This document shows, in pieces, positions 1 through 15,899 of a stretch of 64,000 bases of DNA. The notes beneath the pieces were generated by a model. It was not told where the DNA came from, did not search any database, and saw only the letters and a program-made list of their open reading frames with translations. The position numbers and the translations under genes were made by a program. Source of the stretch: the human T2T-CHM13v2.0 reference genome, Homo sapiens; NCBI RefSeq assembly GCF_009914755.1, contig NC_060929.1. The stretch is one strand, 5' to 3'. How positions within the stretch are numbered: the stretch's first letter is position 1; every line of letters begins with the position of its first letter.

Positions 1-344
1 TGTTCCCACCCAAATCTTACCTTGAATTGTAATAATCCCCACATGGCATGGGAGGGCCTCGTGGGAAGTAACTGAATCATGAGGGCGGTTTTTCCCATGC
101 TGTTCTAGTGATAATGAATAAGTCTCACGAGAGGTGATGTTTTAATAAATTGAAGTTCCCCTGCGCATGCCCTCTTGCCTTCTGCCATGTAAGACGTGCC
201 TTTGCTTCCCTTCTCCTTTGCCTTCCACCATGAGTGTGAGGCCTCCCAGCCACATGGAACTGTGAATACATTAAACTTTTTTCCTTTATAAATTACTCAG
301 TCTCGAATATGTCTTTATTAGCAGCATGAGAACAGACTAATACC
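1..344 (+). mobile_element. THE1 (MaLR) LTR, first ~20 bp cut off by the window edge; solo or 3' LTR
   Basis: Matches the THE1 LTR from 'cccacccaaatct..ttgaattgta' to the terminal 'gagaacagactaatac'. Not followed by THE1 internal sequence. Confidence 0.9.
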
Positions 345-2524
345 AGTTCATATATTCCTCTCACACTTTTTCAATTTGATTGTAGTTGGGAAACATTTAG
401 GGCAACAGCAAAATTAAGCAAATGACAAAGAATTGCAGATATAACAAGTTTTTCGGAATTTTATGGTGACTCCGAAAGCCAAATCTTGGAAATTTGATTA
501 TTGATTTGTTGAACATATCGTCACTTTGATATAATGTGCTAAAGCTTTATATTATTTTCATGGAGTATTCAGGATAATTTTGTGGTATAATTTAATAACT
601 ATATCTATTGCAAATACTCATTCCCAATACAGAATTCAGTCTTTTCATTAGCGTGGTTGTACACTTGTAGAAGGGTCTTGTGATTTATCCATTATTAGGA
701 AAGGTTTTGTTTTCAGACTGTTGGCTGCTTACCTAAGAACTATCCAGTCTTGTTGATATGCTAGCAAAACACACCCTGTTGGGTCTTATTGCTTAAATAT
801 TCCCACTTCTAAAATTACCACTGCACCATTGGGGGTGAATGAATACACGATTACAATTTCAATTTGACAGTTTTAAAGGAAATGGCATAGGGATTTAATT
901 AGACCCTCTCCATGTGCTTCATTGATTCTTAGATGGGTTTTCATTCTAGCATAAGCAGATGTGGATTCTAACATAGAAGTTAGAACTTCTTGTACCTGGC
1001 TGGGTTATTCAAATCAGTAAAACAGTCAACCGTTGCTTGAATATGCAAAATCTGAAAGCAAACTGGTTTGGGAATGCTGAGAAGTAGTTTCACCCTTTAT
1101 CTCCTTTCCTTTTTGAAATAGGATTGATGCCATCAAGAAAATAATGATCTTTGTGGCTTTTTTTGTGTCTATGGTGTGTATTGAAAAGGGAAATTAGGCT
1201 CGAGTAAAATATTTTTATTTTCAGCAGTAGTAGAAACTTCCTGATTTTATTAGAAGAAAAATATTATAGTTTTTTTCAACTAAACAAAATAACAACTGAA
1301 AAAGATATGAAAGCCATTGTTAAAATAAGTTACTAGAGATTTTAAGATGGAAGTTTATTATAACACTTTAAATATTTTCTTTGAAATATCTTCATTCTTA
1401 TAATGCACACAATATACATCCTCATTTCAGAATTCTAGAAATCCCAATGTTTATCCTAACAAATAAATGGTTAAATTTTCGAAGAATGGAGTTTGGATAC
1501 AAATGAATAGTAGCAAGAAAATAATTGAAGTTGAACACAGATGTATGACAGGGCTTGCCACCAAGAGTTGCCTCACTGACTATGCAGTAGAGAGGGCCAT
1601 CTTAGACTCCACAGTATGTTCAATGAGAAATATGATGTGGAAATTGTCATTTCTTTAAGCTGTCAGGCACTCCACACTTGGACCTATATAAAAGGACAGC
1701 TGTGACTTAGTTGTGTGGTGTCGATGCCATTTTCACCAAGCCTTCTAGTCCTTATCCTTCTAGCTCCTTTCCTCCTTTGATTTTATGGTTTACCTCCTCA
1801 TGTGCACCCCAATAGCATTTTGTCTACCTTTTAGAACCATAACTCTACCATCTACTTTTCCTGTCCCTTCCCTCTGGCCTAGCTGTGTTAGGTAACCTTG
1901 GGTCCTGTCAGGCTCTAGGCTACTAATAACTAGGCATCATTTCTCACCCCTAATACCACACAGAGTTTGTCCATTAGTTTTATTACTTAAGGGGAATCTA
2001 GTGAGAAAGTGGTGTCATGCATTTTTCTGTAGAAACTATTGTGTAGTATTGTACTGTGATGGAAATACACAGAGACATTGGAGAAAATTCTCAGGCAGAA
2101 ATGATGTTACTTTCGGACAAGTTATGTGTGTACATATACGTTACATTTAGCTACATGTTTAGAACATTGAAATGCTTCAACTTCCCTCTCTCTTTAACTT
2201 CACTGGTATGCCATAATTGACTTTTATAGAAAAAGCTTAAAACAGTAACACAACATGAGATTTCCAGTTTTCAACTATTTGCTTCTTAATCTACCCATTA
2301 TTATTATAATGTTCTTTCTGAAATATTGAAGAATTTTTGTGCTTTTCCTTTGTAACCTGTTTTCTAGGCGTTGTGTAACAGCTAACAATTAAAAAGAACT
2401 TCTGGTTTCTACCTTACAGTCTTAGGTGATACTTGTTCTCAGGGCTGTCTAATTCTCTCTCCTCGCCCCTGTTAATGGTCAGTGTCCTGCCTCGTGGACT
2501 TGCCCTTCTTGCTCTACAAAAATA

Positions 2525-2600
2525 CAGATGCATCTTGATTTACAATGAGGTTATATCCCATAAACCCATGGTAAGTTGAAAATATCCTAAGTCGAACATT
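2525..2600 (-). mobile_element. Tigger4 (Zombi, TcMar) terminal fragment
   Basis: 'TA|cagatgcatcttgatttacaatgagg..aagttgaaaatatcctaagt' is the reverse complement of the right end of the Tigger4 copy at 3161-3513. Preceded by a TA target dinucleotide. Confidence 0.8.
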
Positions 2601-2794
2601 TATTAACTTTAAATTAAATATGTTAAGTGTAAAGACAATGTAAAGAATACATACATGCAGATAAAACAGATTCATTTGTTATCTAAATGTCCTTTTTACT
2701 TAATCTTTGCTCTACCTTGTATATTGTATGGTTATATGGTAGATAATGCTTACATATAATCTTCTACCCTTTTAAACTTTTTTTTCTAAAGGGA

Positions 2795-2883
2795 ATTCTC
2801 CCTTCCCTCTCCCCCGCCCTCCTTTCCTTTCTCCCTCCTTTCTTACTTTTCTCCTTCTTTCCCTTCTAATTCTTTCTTTTTTT
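2795..2883. repeat. Polypyrimidine (CT-rich) low-complexity tract
   Basis: Almost entirely C/T over ~90 bp. Confidence 0.85.
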
Positions 2884-2959
2884 ATGTTCCTGCAGACCAC
2901 ATTTATTATATACCTACAATTATTTAAATACAATGCTGAATTAGCACTCTTTAAAGAAA

Positions 2960-3150
2960 GGTGCTTGAATCATGACAGCTGTGGGATTGGACCTGTGCTT
3001 ACCACTTATAAACTGTATACCTGTAGTGAAGTAACTCAATCCTTCAGCACTTTTCACTTTTGCATCTCTAAATTTATTATAATAATACTAAAGACTACCT
3101 AATAGAGTTGCTATAAAGAATAAAAACAAGATAGCTCGTAAAAGCCTTCC
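2960..3150 (+). mobile_element. MIR SINE relic
   Basis: Degenerate MIR core: 'accacttataaactgtatacctgtagtgaagtaactcaatcctt..ctacctaatagagttgctataaagaataaa'. Confidence 0.6.
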
Positions 3151-3160
3151 CAAGAGCATA

Positions 3161-3513
3161 CAGATGGTCTCCAACTTCGGATGGTTCAACTTAGAAGTTT
3201 TTTACTTTACCATGGTGCAAAAGCAATGTGCATTTAGTAGAAACCATACTTAGGATTTTGAATTTTGATCTTTTCCCAGGCTAGCAATATGCATTACAAT
3301 ACTCTTACATGACCTATTTGGCACTTTGTTATAAACTGGGCTTTGCCTTAGATGATTTTGGCCGAGTGTAGGATAATGAAAGTGTTCTGAGCACGTTTAA
3401 CGTGGGCTAGGCTGAGCTAGCTTACATGTATTAAATGCATTTGTAACTTAGGATATTTTCAACTTAGCATGGGATTACGGGGTGTAACCTCATTGTAAAT
3501 CAAGGAGCAACTG
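3161..3513 (+). mobile_element. Tigger4b-like non-autonomous DNA transposon
   Basis: Starts 'TA|cagatggtctccaactt', contains 'cagtagaaacc'-like and 'taggctgagcta' internal blocks, and ends 'gtaaatcaaggagcaactg' (terminal inverted repeats). Confidence 0.85.
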
Positions 3514-3652
3514 TGTTTTGGTAGGGCAAGAAGGGCGACGCCATGAGGGAGGACACGGACTATTGACAGGGTGAGGAGAGAGAATTAGACAGCGCTGAAG
3601 ACAAGGATCACCTATGTCGTCATGTTGCTTGAAAAATCTCTCATAGAGGTTT

Positions 3653-6575
<2,923 letters not shown>

Positions 6576-6638
6576 TATGATGTTAGTTGGTTATTTTGCT
6601 CATTAGTTGATGCAGTTACTTCCTAGCATCGATGGTCT

Positions 6639-7653
6639 TTACAATTTGGCATATTTTTGCAGTGGCTGGTACCAGTTGTTCCTTTCCATGTTTAGTGCTT
6701 CCTTCAGGAGCTCTTGTAAAGCAGGCCTGGTGGTGACAAAGTCTCTCAGCCTTTGTTTGTCTGTAAAAGATGTTATTTCTCCTTCACTTATGAAGCTTAG
6801 TTTGGCTGGATATGAAATTATGGGTTGAAAATTCTTTCCTTTAAGAATGTTGAATATTGGCCCCCACTCTCTTCTGGCTTGTAGAGTTTCTGCTGAGAGA
6901 TCAGCTGTTAGTCTGATGGGCTTCCCTTTGTGGGTAACCTGACCTTTCTCTCTGGCTGCCCTTAACATTTTTTCCTTCATTTCTACTTTGGTAAATCTGA
7001 CAATTATGTGTCTTGGAGTTGCTCTTCTGGAGGAGTGTCTTTGTGATCTTCTCTGTATTTCCTGAATTTGAATGTTGGCCTGCCTTGCTAGGTTGGGGAA
7101 GTTCTCCTGGATAATATCCTGAAGAGTGTTGTCCAACTTGGTTCCATTCTCCCCATCACTTTCAGGTACACCAATCAGACGTAGATTTGGTCTTTTCACA
7201 TAGTCCCATATTTCTTGGAGGCTTTGTTCATTTCTTTTTTCTCTAAACTTCTCTTCTCGCTTCATTTCATTCATTTGATCTTCAATCACTGATAACCCTT
7301 TCTTCCACTTGACCAAATCGGCTACTGAAGCTTGTGCATGCATCACATAGTTCTTGTGCCATGGTTTTCAGCTCCATCAGGTCATTTAAGGACTTCTCTA
7401 CACTGTTTATTCTAGTTAGCTGTTCGTCTCATCTTTTTTCAAGGTTTTTAGCTTCTTTGTAATGGATTCGAACATCCTCCTTTAGCTCAGAGAAGTTTGT
7501 TATTACTGATCTTCTGAAGCCTTCTCTCAACTTGTCAAAGTCATTTTCCGTCCAGCTTTGTTCGGTTGCTGATGAGGAGCTGTATTCCTTTGGAGGAGAA
7601 GAGGTGCTCTGATTTTTAGAATTTTCAGCTTTTCTGCTCTGGTTTCTCCCCAT
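6639..7653 (-). pseudogene. Disrupted LINE-1 ORF1p (RNA chaperone)
   Basis: MGRNQSRKAENSKNQ.. (7653-7429) and ..EIWDYVKRPNLRLIGVPE..YPAKLSF.. (7346-6639) are split by stops/frameshift. Confidence 0.95.
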
Positions 7654-7796
7654 CTTTGTGGTTTTATCTACCTTTGGTTTTGATGATGGTGACGTACAGA
7701 TGGGGTTTTAGTGTGGATGTCCTTTCTGTTTGTTAGTTTTCCTTCCAACAGTCAGGACCCTCAGCTGCAGGTCTGTTGGAGTTTGCTGGAGGTCTG

Positions 7797-8685
7797 CTAG
7801 ACAATACCATTCAGACCATAGGCATGGGCAAGGACTTCATGACTAAAACACCAAAAGCAATGGCAATAAAAACCAAAATTGACAAATGGGATCTAATTAA
7901 ACTAAACAGCTTCTGCACAGCAAAAGAAACTACCATCAGAATTAACAGGCAACCTACAGAATGGGAGAAAATTTTTACAATCTACCCATCTGACAAAGGG
8001 CTAATATCCAGAATCTACAAAGAACTTACACAAATTTACAAGAAAAAATCAAACAACCCCATCACAAAGTGGGCAAAGGATATGAACAAACACTTCTCAA
8101 AAGAAGACATTTATGCAGCCAACAGACATGAGAAACTGCTCATCATCACTGGCCATCAGAGAAATGCAAATCAAAAGCACAATGAGATACCATCTCACAC
8201 CACTTAGAATGGCAATCATTAAAAAGTCAGGAAACAACAGGTGCTGGAGAGGATGTGGAGAAATAAGAACACTTTTACACTGTTTGTGGGACTGTAAACT
8301 AGTTCAACCATTGTGGAAGACAGTGTGGCAATTCCTCAAGGATCTAGAACTAGAAATATCATTTAACCAAGCCATCCCATTACTGGGAGTATACCCAAAG
8401 GATCATAAATCATGCTGCTATAAAGACACATGCACACGTATGTTTATTGTGGCACTATTCACAATAGCAAAGACTTGGAACCAACCCAAATGTCCACCAA
8501 TGATAGACTGGATTAAGAAAATGTGGCACATATACACCATGGAATACTATGCCACCATAAAAAAGGATGAGTTCATGTCCTTTGTAGGGACATGGATGAA
8601 GCTGGAAACCATCCTTCTAAGCAAACTACCGCAAGGACAGAAAATCGAACACCGTATGTTCTCACTCACCATGGGTGGGAATTGA
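7797..8685 (+). pseudogene. Disrupted LINE-1 ORF2p C-terminal (Cys-rich) part
   Basis: ..[14 protein letters not shown].. and ..[22 protein letters not shown].. lie in two frames separated by a frameshift near 8130. Confidence 0.95.
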
Positions 8686-9872
8686 ACAATGAGAACACTT
8701 GGACACAGGGTGGGGAACATCACACACTGGGGCCTGTTATGGGGTGGGGGGAAGGGGAGGGATAGCATTAGGAGATATACCTAATGTAAATGATGAGTTA
8801 ACAGGTGCAGCACACCAACATGGCACATCTATACATATGTAACAAACCTGCACATTGTGCACATGTACCCTAGAACTTAAAGTATAATACAACAACAACA
8901 ACAACAACAACAGAAACTGGAAAAAAAAGAGAAATCTCTCATAAGAAAGCTGTCTTAGTTTATGTTATCTTTGCATCTTTCCATTTTTTTGGACATAATT
9001 TATGATGTAGCTATGCAATGTCTTGAAAAAGCAGTGGACTGAGAGTTGGAACATTGGTGTTCCAGTCTTGACCTTGCACTGACCAGCATGTGATATGCCA
9101 TTTTACTTTCTTAGACATCATCTTCCCCCCTACTAAACTTAAAGAATGAAATAAAGTTAATGCATAGGACTCCTACAGTTCTTAAAATGATATGTGATTC
9201 TAAGTTATTAAAACATCCTTGACTAGTTAAAGTATAATATTTTAATGTCAGTATTTCCAGATCTGTTACAAAGACCATATAGACATTTTATCTATGTACA
9301 GTGGTCAGAGGAGTTCAGAGAACAATTTGAAATATTGAGGTAGAATTGAGCTCTCCTTTCTTAAAACTCCTCTGAGACCTGGGCTCGATTTGTAGGTTCT
9401 GGCAAAGTCAAGAACCACAGTGTTCTATCATGTTTTGGGAGGGAGGTAGTCTTTTCTTCTCTACTGAAGAGCACTGCATTAGAAAACAGAAGTACTGGGA
9501 TCTACCCATGGTTTTATCACTGATTAGACAACTATGGGCAAAGGAAATGACTCTCTTCTTTGGACATAATTTTTCTTGTCTGTAGAATGAGCCAGATATT
9601 CTAGAAAATCTTTGAATTCTTCTATTACCAAACAACCCAATTACAGTCCTAGTTAGGAACATCTAATAGATTCATGAGCTTAAAAAGTTTGGATTGGAAT
9701 GCTCTTCTTAATGTGTCAAAGCAGGTCAAATTACAAATTTTCAATGAAAAAAATCCTGTTGCTATCTCCAGTCTTAACCACATGTAATCATTTATCTTTC
9801 ATGAAAAGAGTAATTGTTATATTGTAGATATGGACTTAAGGTCTCTAATGTGTTTGAATTAGTTAGAAACCA

Positions 9873-9910
9873 AACACATACACACACACACACATACACA
9901 CACACACACA
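9873..9910. repeat. (CA)n microsatellite, interrupted
   Basis: Read directly from the sequence. Confidence 0.9.
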
Positions 9911-12900
9911 GTGATCTTATAAATAACAAGTAAATTCTCTTCCCAACAAGGACACTAAATTTAGGCTGGGGAAGCATTCCGCATGCTTTTAAACATAGAT
10001 CTAGTGTCTAATATGTCTAATAGCTAAGATTACTGTATCATAATGTAGTTTTTTTTTCTATTTTTCCTCCTTTGATAAGGTTTTACAATACCAGGGTAGA
10101 CACTGGTTCACTTTAAGGACCAGTAAAAAAACAGATTTTACTTTTATTATGTTCGGCCTTATATTTTCAATTGAAATATTTTGCTCATTTACTCAATTTG
10201 AAAAGACTGCTCATTGTTTAAGAATCACCATTGATTAAATAATAATCAAATTACAAGTAAATAATAAGTTTTCAAAAGGGAAAAAGAAATATTGACATAT
10301 TAAAAGTATACGTTGATTAAAAACTGCTTCCTGACTTTAGAATTCATAATTGTGAAAAATAAATGTCTTGAGTCAAGGAAATATGATCAATCACTGAAGT
10401 AGGGGGTAGGCATACTTGTGATATTATCCCGAATTCCCTGATTCTCCTGGGAAGCTCTTCTGCTGGACCTTCCCATTGAACTCTGGGATATCCTGGATAC
10501 CAACAGGCAGCAGTGCCTCATGTGCAGCATCTCTGCATTTGGATCTTGAGCTGCTTTGATAAGTTCCTCTGATTAAATGCAGTTGCACTATCATACCCTC
10601 TGAAAACTGCTGGTGGAAATATTAAAACAATCACTCAGTTTCCCATGTTACAAATCCCCAGATCTTATTGCATCGTGTAAATAAGCTGCTTCCCTCCCAC
10701 AAAAAGTAAGACACAGAACTCTTAGAAACAGAGCCAGGTTGAAAAGTTTTTGAGAAGCAAAAAATCCCCCCCACAATAAAGAAAACCCACAACAAATTAA
10801 GAAAAATTGTGATTTTGCCAATTCACTGGCAGAAACTTATTGCTACATTGTTGAGAGAAATTAAATAATAATAGTTATAAGTATGAAATTAAACTTTGGA
10901 ATCTACATAATCTTGGATTAACTGACCAAAAAGTGAAATTAAAGATACATTCTGACACAAGGACCTTATTACAGATTTGAATTCAAATTCTGGCCAGTGT
11001 GGAAATAACATTGTAAATCTTAAAAGTACCAATTTGACTTGTCTTATACTTGCTATTGATTGTTCAAATTGCTAACCAAAAGCTATATTTTCCATCATAG
11101 CTACATTGTTCCCTGAATTTAAGATACAAAGCCAGGAAGTCCTGTTATTCTGCTGTACTTAAATGACATGAAAATTACACTTACAAGCTACTTAGATATA
11201 TGAGAAACTTCTTCAACATCTCCTATTTCCTCACACTTACTTACGTTTAAATATTCAGACATGGGTAAGGGTGCCCTCCTTACCCATTTTTGCCGTTTCT
11301 GCCAGCTGTTCATCTCCTTTCTCCTGGGCCTAAAACTTTCCTTTGACATTCAGCTATCAAGCATTCTACCCTGACAGTGTCCTGGCCTTAAAGTCTTGTG
11401 CTGTCTGTTCAAGTTAGTTCATTTTAACAGATATTCACTGGATGATTATTATGTCCAGGGTGTTTGGGGAGATGACTTGTCTTTTCCTTACCCACTTCAA
11501 ACACAACTTCTCTAACTCCTATTCTGCTACGGACCCATTAGAAAGCCACAACTGATCTTTTATAACTAATCTGATATAATGATGACTTTATGTATTACCC
11601 CTGCCTGATAACTTCTGCTTTTAAATGGTGGTTGTCAAGGCCTTTAAACTAAAGTCTTGAAGTCTTAATTACCAGGAAACAAGGCAAGGTCAGTTGAAGG
11701 TGCTCAGTGCTTCTCAAATTACACCATGAAGAACTGTTTTTGTCCAACAGGAGCAAAAGTGATAGATACAAAACTAAAGTTAACTTCACTTTAATTAAAA
11801 AAAAATATAAAACAAAATGAGCAAGGACGTTTAAATATTAACTTTCTTTTCTATTACTAATTCTACCTTCTCTCTAGTTTTTTGAAATTATTATTTTTAT
11901 CAAATGACCAGAATAAACTTATTACATGTTTTTTAGAAATCACCCTTGGAACAACGAAAAAGTGTCTAGAAATGATTGCTTAGCACATTAAACTTCCAAG
12001 TTAGGATTACATTTTTATACCCTTAATCAATCAACCTTTATCAATCCGCAAATGTTATCTACAGGAGCATTTTTCTGTAAGTATTTATCAAATGCTGTGT
12101 TGAAAATCAGATGGAATGAAATATTGGCATTTGGTTGAATTGATCCAGTAAATCCATGTACTATAATAAGTCAATCCATTTATAGACATTTAGTTGACAC
12201 AAGAAATTTTTAAATTGTGAATGAGAGACTCATCAGTAAGAATTGGGGAAGTATGAAATACTTCTCTTTAAACAAACGTCATTTATCTGATGATTGAAGA
12301 TTTGTTTAAGGAGAATAGTTTGGAGAATTTTCTTCCATGCATGAAGTGAGTTGATTGTTTGTTTCAACTGCTACTCTTAAAAGAAAATAGCTACATAGCT
12401 CTATAGTTCTTTTCTAAACCATAAATTATTGTACTATGATTTATAAAATCTAAAATAATACAACTTCTCTTTAAAATCGCAAAGAATTGTGCTTCAGTGT
12501 TCAAGCAACAGATGAGAAAACCAGAACTGATTTGTTTTCATTTTCAAAAAGTACCTAGAGTAATCATTGATTTTGTTTATAGGATAGTTTACCTGATTTT
12601 AAAATTAAATTCGAATTCTACGGATGAATTTCTTCTCTAAACATAAATATTTCTTATAGTTTGCCCTTTAAAGTGGCATAAAGTATTTGTATAGGCAAAG
12701 AAGCAAACAAGTTGAAAGAAACCCCAGAAAACTCCTCAAAGCATTTTCCTTTCATTATGGAAACCGAATTTACCTTAAAATTGCTGGAGTAAATGCTCGA
12801 AGATTTTCCTAAGTCAACATGCTTATGATTTGTCTTACTGAGAATAATAGCACTTTTTACCTTTTTTTTTTTTTTTTTTGTCACTTTACATTTTGTGGGA

Positions 12901-13330
12901 AATTTTAACTTCTTGGTAAAAAGTATTTTCATCGGAATAAAAATGGGACTTTCAGATGCCTGTCATTTTCTAAAATGCTTTGAAGTTTAAATTTTCTATG
13001 TATATCAAGAGAGTTAAGTCCCTCTGAATAGAGTGCACTAATGATAAATTTAAGATTTCAGGAATCAATCTACAATACTGTTACAAAAACCATACCTATT
13101 ATTGACATCACACAGTCAGCTTTTGTGCAAATTTCATTTGTGACAACTATTTATTATACTTAAGTGGCAGGAAAAAGGCTCCAACACTGAAGTTTTAAAA
13201 ATAGTGACAGGCACTGAATGTAGATGGCACTGGACCCATCAGATAATGTGATAAGACAGTGCTAACAGGTCAAAGCAGTTGTGGCAAATGAAAGGAATTA
13301 AGAAAGTACTCACGGCTATTCAGCAACTCA

Positions 13331-13331
<1 letters not shown>

Positions 13332-13359
<28 letters not shown>
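13332..13359. repeat. Poly(T) run of about 28 nt
   Basis: Read directly from the sequence. Confidence 0.9.
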
Positions 13360-13364
<5 letters not shown>

Positions 13365-13402
13365 GAGTGCAACACTTCTGTGGGAAGCCTGAGAAAAGGT
13401 GC

Positions 13403-14062
13403 TCTGGTAGACGGAATTCTAAGGTGCCCCTAAGATTCCCTCCTTCCAGTGCATAACCCCTTCTTGAGTATGAGCAGGACAAGTGAATATGATGAAATAT
13501 CACTCTGGTGATTTTGTTATATTATATGGCAGAAGGGATTTCGCAGATGTAGTTAAGGTCCCTAATCATTTCACTTTGACTTAATCAGAGAGAGATAAAT
13601 CTGGGTGAAACTGACTAGTCAGGTGAGCCCTTAATAGAGATCAGAAAGATTGGAAGCACTAGAGAAATTCTCCTGCTGTCCTGGAAGAAGTAGGTTGCTG
13701 TCCTGGAAGAAGTAAGTTTCTGTGTGGTGAGAGGGTCTATGCAAGAGGTTGCAGGACAAAGACCTGAAGGCGGGTTCTAGCAGCTGAGTGTAGTCCCTAG
13801 CGAATAGCTAGCAAGAGAATAGGGTTATTGATCATTTAAACTGTAAGCAACTAGTGAGCTCGGAAGAGGACCCTGGTGTTGAAGGTGTGACTGTAGCTCC
13901 TGCCAGTACCTTGAGGTCAGCCTAGTGACATTCTGAGCAGAGGACCCAGCTAATTCGTGTCCAGACTTTCAAGCAAGAACACTTTGAGATGATAAGTCTT
14001 GTATTGTTTTAGGCTATGAAGTTTCTGGTAATCTTTTACATAGCAATAGGAAAATGAACATA
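13403..14062 (+). mobile_element. MLT1E-like MaLR solo LTR
   Basis: Starts 'ggtagacggaattctaag', contains 'gcagatgtagttaaggtccctaatca' and ends 'tagcaataggaaaatgaacata'. 5-bp TSD ggtgc/ggtga (4 of 5). Confidence 0.85.
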
Positions 14063-14293
14063 GGTGAGAATGAAGCTTTTATGTGGACAGTACAGTTGTA
14101 AGGTTAAAGACAGGAGTATGAATGGCACCGGACTCTAGAGGCTTCAGCTAGCAGTAATCTAGAATGCAAATCAATTTCTCTCTTTTCATGTCTTTCTCCT
14201 TCTCATCAAGTTTATGTATATATAATAATATATTTTGTCTTTCTCAATATGTGCTATGTCTTTTTGTATTGCAAACTCTTATCTATAACTCTT

Positions 14294-14605
14294 TATTTAT
14301 TATTTATTTTTGAGAAGGGTCTCACTCTGTCACCCAGGCTGGAGTGCAGTGGTGCAATCATGGCTCACTGCAACCTTAACCCCCACAGGCTCAGGTGACC
14401 CTCCGACCTCAGCCTCTCAAGTAGCTGGGAATATAGGCACGTGCCCCACACCCAGCTAATTTCTGTAGAGACGGGGTTTTGCCATGTTGTCTAGACTGGT
14501 CTCAAACTCCACCCGCGTTGGCCTCCCAACATGTGAGGGGGTGATCCACCCGCCTCGGCCTCCCAACGTGTTGAGATTACAAGGCATGAACCACCACACC
14601 TGGCC
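14294..14605 (-). mobile_element. AluJ with an internal duplication
   Basis: Alu dimer in reverse orientation; perfect TSD tataactctt at 14284-14293 and 14606-14615. Confidence 0.92.
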
Positions 14606-14849
14606 TATAACTCTTAATCCACCTTCTTATCCATATCTGTGTCATAGATTAAGATTGGGTGACATGAATCTTCCATTAAATTAAATTACTGAGAAAAAAG
14701 TTTATTCAAGGTAAGAAACAATTGAGTGGGTATTATGATAATTGTTTACAGTTACCATTGGGGTAAAAGAGATTTGACTTTGTCCATGCCTATGATGGGA
14801 AATCCATTACTAAAATTTATTTAATTTTTAAGACTTTATAGGTTGATAA

Positions 14850-15360
14850 AGATGAAGGAACATCTATAAAGTGAAGTGCTACACTATAAATTGGTAACAT
14901 GTTTTTTGCAAGAAAGAATTTGACATCTTAAGTTAATAGCCCTAGGAATGTGTGCAATTGTTAGCATATTACATTTTTTGAATATATACTAAAAATTTAA
15001 TTATGTGAAAATTGTTATGCAAGAAAGTGTTCTCTGCAATATTTTATGCAATATTTAGATTTCCCCCACCCTTGGAAATGAAAACCTAAATAAGGTTGAT
15101 TTAGCAAACTTTTAGTATAAAAGCCCTCAATGGCATATTATGCAACCATTAAAAATATGTTAAATGAGATAGTAAATCATATGTAGTAATTTTTAGTATA
15201 ACAAGTTAAGGGAAAAAGAACTATACAGAATGTATATATAATATGACTACACTGATTTAAAAATTATCAAATACAAGTGTGGTTCAAATCCTGGATGGAA
15301 ATGTGTAATTCTGTTTGGATTGATGGGACTATGGTATTTTTATTTTACTTTTTGTTCAAC
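14850..15360 (+). mobile_element. Old L1M (L1ME-like) 3' end relic
   Basis: Degenerate 'tataaattggtaacatgttttttgcaagaaagaatttgaca' and 'tattatgcaaccattaaaaa' blocks, typical of the ORF2 end and 3'UTR of old L1s. Confidence 0.55.
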
Positions 15361-15401
15361 ATTTTTATTATTTTAGAAATATCTTTAATGAATATAGATT
15401 A

Positions 15402-15824
<423 letters not shown>

Positions 15825-15899
15825 TGATGACTGTAATAGGCCTAACAAAAGCTGAGGGATAGTTGATCTGCCACTTATTTCACATGTGCTGAGGAGCCC

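Noticed and set aside
8741-8761. G-quadruplex-like G-runs
   Set aside because: Standard feature of the L1 3'UTR.
13322-13378. Poly(T) run as a severely truncated retro-insertion
   Set aside because: The putative TSD (gcaactcactt/gcaacactt) is too weak and there is no element body.
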